Shown one piece after another: positions 62,809-64,000 of a stretch of DNA of 64,000 bases. The notes beneath the pieces were generated by a model. It saw nothing but the letters and a program-made list of their open reading frames with translations. It was not told where the DNA came from and searched no databases. Within the stretch, counting starts at the first letter, position 1. Each line of letters opens with the position of its first letter. The stretch comes from Lepidodermella squamata (Eukaryota; Animalia; Gastrotricha). Location: positions 3,038,001 to 3,102,000 of the forward strand of contig JBLDXI010000024.1 in the NCBI GenBank assembly GCA_047495785.1, written 5' to 3'. The position numbers and the translations under genes were made by a program.

Positions 62809-63464
62809 AGTTACGAGCGAGATATATTCGCTAATAAAAAAGCTGTGAAAAAACTACAGCAAATTTGCCGGAAATGCTGTTTGAATCATTTTCAGGGTTG
62901 ACCGGTTTTTTTGTTTAAAAAACCACCCACCGGTTAAAACCTGTGAAACAAACCGGTCTTATTCATTTTAGCTACAAAGCTAAATATAGAATTGTCGCCA
63001 AAAATATAGGTCGAGTCGCTATGACAATTCGATATTTTACGGTATAACATTCGTAAATCGTTCATATCTGAACTCGCCGCACTCGATTTACTCATTTCAA
63101 CTCGCCTCCGGCTCGTTCCGACTCGTAAATCTCGGGCGGCTCCGTACAGATATAAACGTTTTACTCATGTCATACCATACAAATATAAATCTCAATAGCT
63201 GACCAGCGGTCGCTCACATTGAATAATGATCTTCACCTCGCGGATGTAAAAAAGCCTAAATCCAAGCTAATCAGCAATGCTAACGCTATGTCCGTCCTCT
63301 TCGATATCCCCGTAAAAGATTGAAGTTCACAGAGGTATTTCCGAGACAACCCGATTGAAGTACTATCTGGAAGTCTAACCCTAAATAGGAAAGAACGATA
63401 TTGGTAGCTTAGTAAGGTCTATAAGCAGTTTATCTTCTCAACGTCAGTTATGATTTGTTTCAAA

Positions 63465-63862
63465 TTAGCCTCGAGCAGCATTGCGGTACGCTTTTTCGCC
63501 ATATTTTCTAACAGCAGTACAGAATGCAGGCCCGTCAACATTGCGGCAAGCCCATGAAGGAGCTGTTGCAGTTTGTAGGCATGAGCAAAACGCGTAGTCA
63601 CAGTTGCTTCGACCTCGTTGTTGGTCGTAGCATCTGTCGTGAGCGACGCAGCAATTGTTGACAGCGGCAAAAATAATTGGCAATAATTGCCTAATAAATC
63701 AATAGTTTAGCACATACATTTAAGCGATGGGCAATCCAGTTCGATGGAGACGGAGGCGAACCAACGCTGGAAACGGTTAGCCCCACAAGCAAACTCGGCG
63801 TAACATCCGCTAACAAGGAATATTACGCCAATAGCCAATGGCAAGATGCAAGCCCTGCTCAT
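63465..63862 (-). CDS. Secreted phospholipase A2-like protein B (2 exons; acceptor non-canonical or broken)
   Basis: Exons 63862-63718 and 63667-63465; VNNCCVAHDRCY, CDYAFCSCL; colinear with paralog A, but the intron ends in TG. Confidence 0.75.
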
Positions 63863-64000
63863 GGTAATTAATGCGTTATGAACGGTCAATAAACGAACGC
63901 GTTGAAAGAAGTAAAAGACGATTTTAAATTAATTTTGGAGGAGAAAAAGGGAGCTTATCTAGTGCCAAGGTATTGAAGTTCAGATGATTCATTCTTCAAG

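Noticed and set aside
1-64000. tRNA, rRNA or autonomous transposase/reverse-transcriptase genes
   Set aside because: None recognisable by eye; no ORF with DDE or RT motifs in the track.

Overview
Eukaryotic genomic DNA from a compact-genome invertebrate. Introns are mostly 45-60 nt and GT-AG; nematode-like affinity is only an inference from intron size and the PLA2-like family. The first 44 kb holds a tandem family of giant mosaic extracellular lectin genes. There is an orphan 5' module (signal peptide + 3 EGF exons, 2065-2654) and a full copy (4281-~20145; ~40 introns; ~12 EGF, ~10 C-type lectin, 3 F5/8-C discoidin, 5 fibrinogen-C, PAN, 4 CCP/sushi). A second copy (30859-~43809) lacks one EGF exon and ~6.5 kb of the middle but stays in frame. 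Between and inside the copies are many non-autonomous DNA transposons, including a three-level nested MITE. The last 20 kb has an intronless class C GPCR-like gene, two intronless PQQ/BamB-like beta-propeller genes (HGT candidates), a PAN/C-type lectin/kringle gene, an SLC18B1-like MFS transporter, a TIR-TIR-NB-ARC-ankyrin NLR-like gene and two tandem secreted PLA2-like genes. A 15-bp forkhead-like element and GATA sites recur upstream of unrelated genes, suggesting a co-regulated gut/surface defence cluster. Exon structures were read by eye and no database search was possible.
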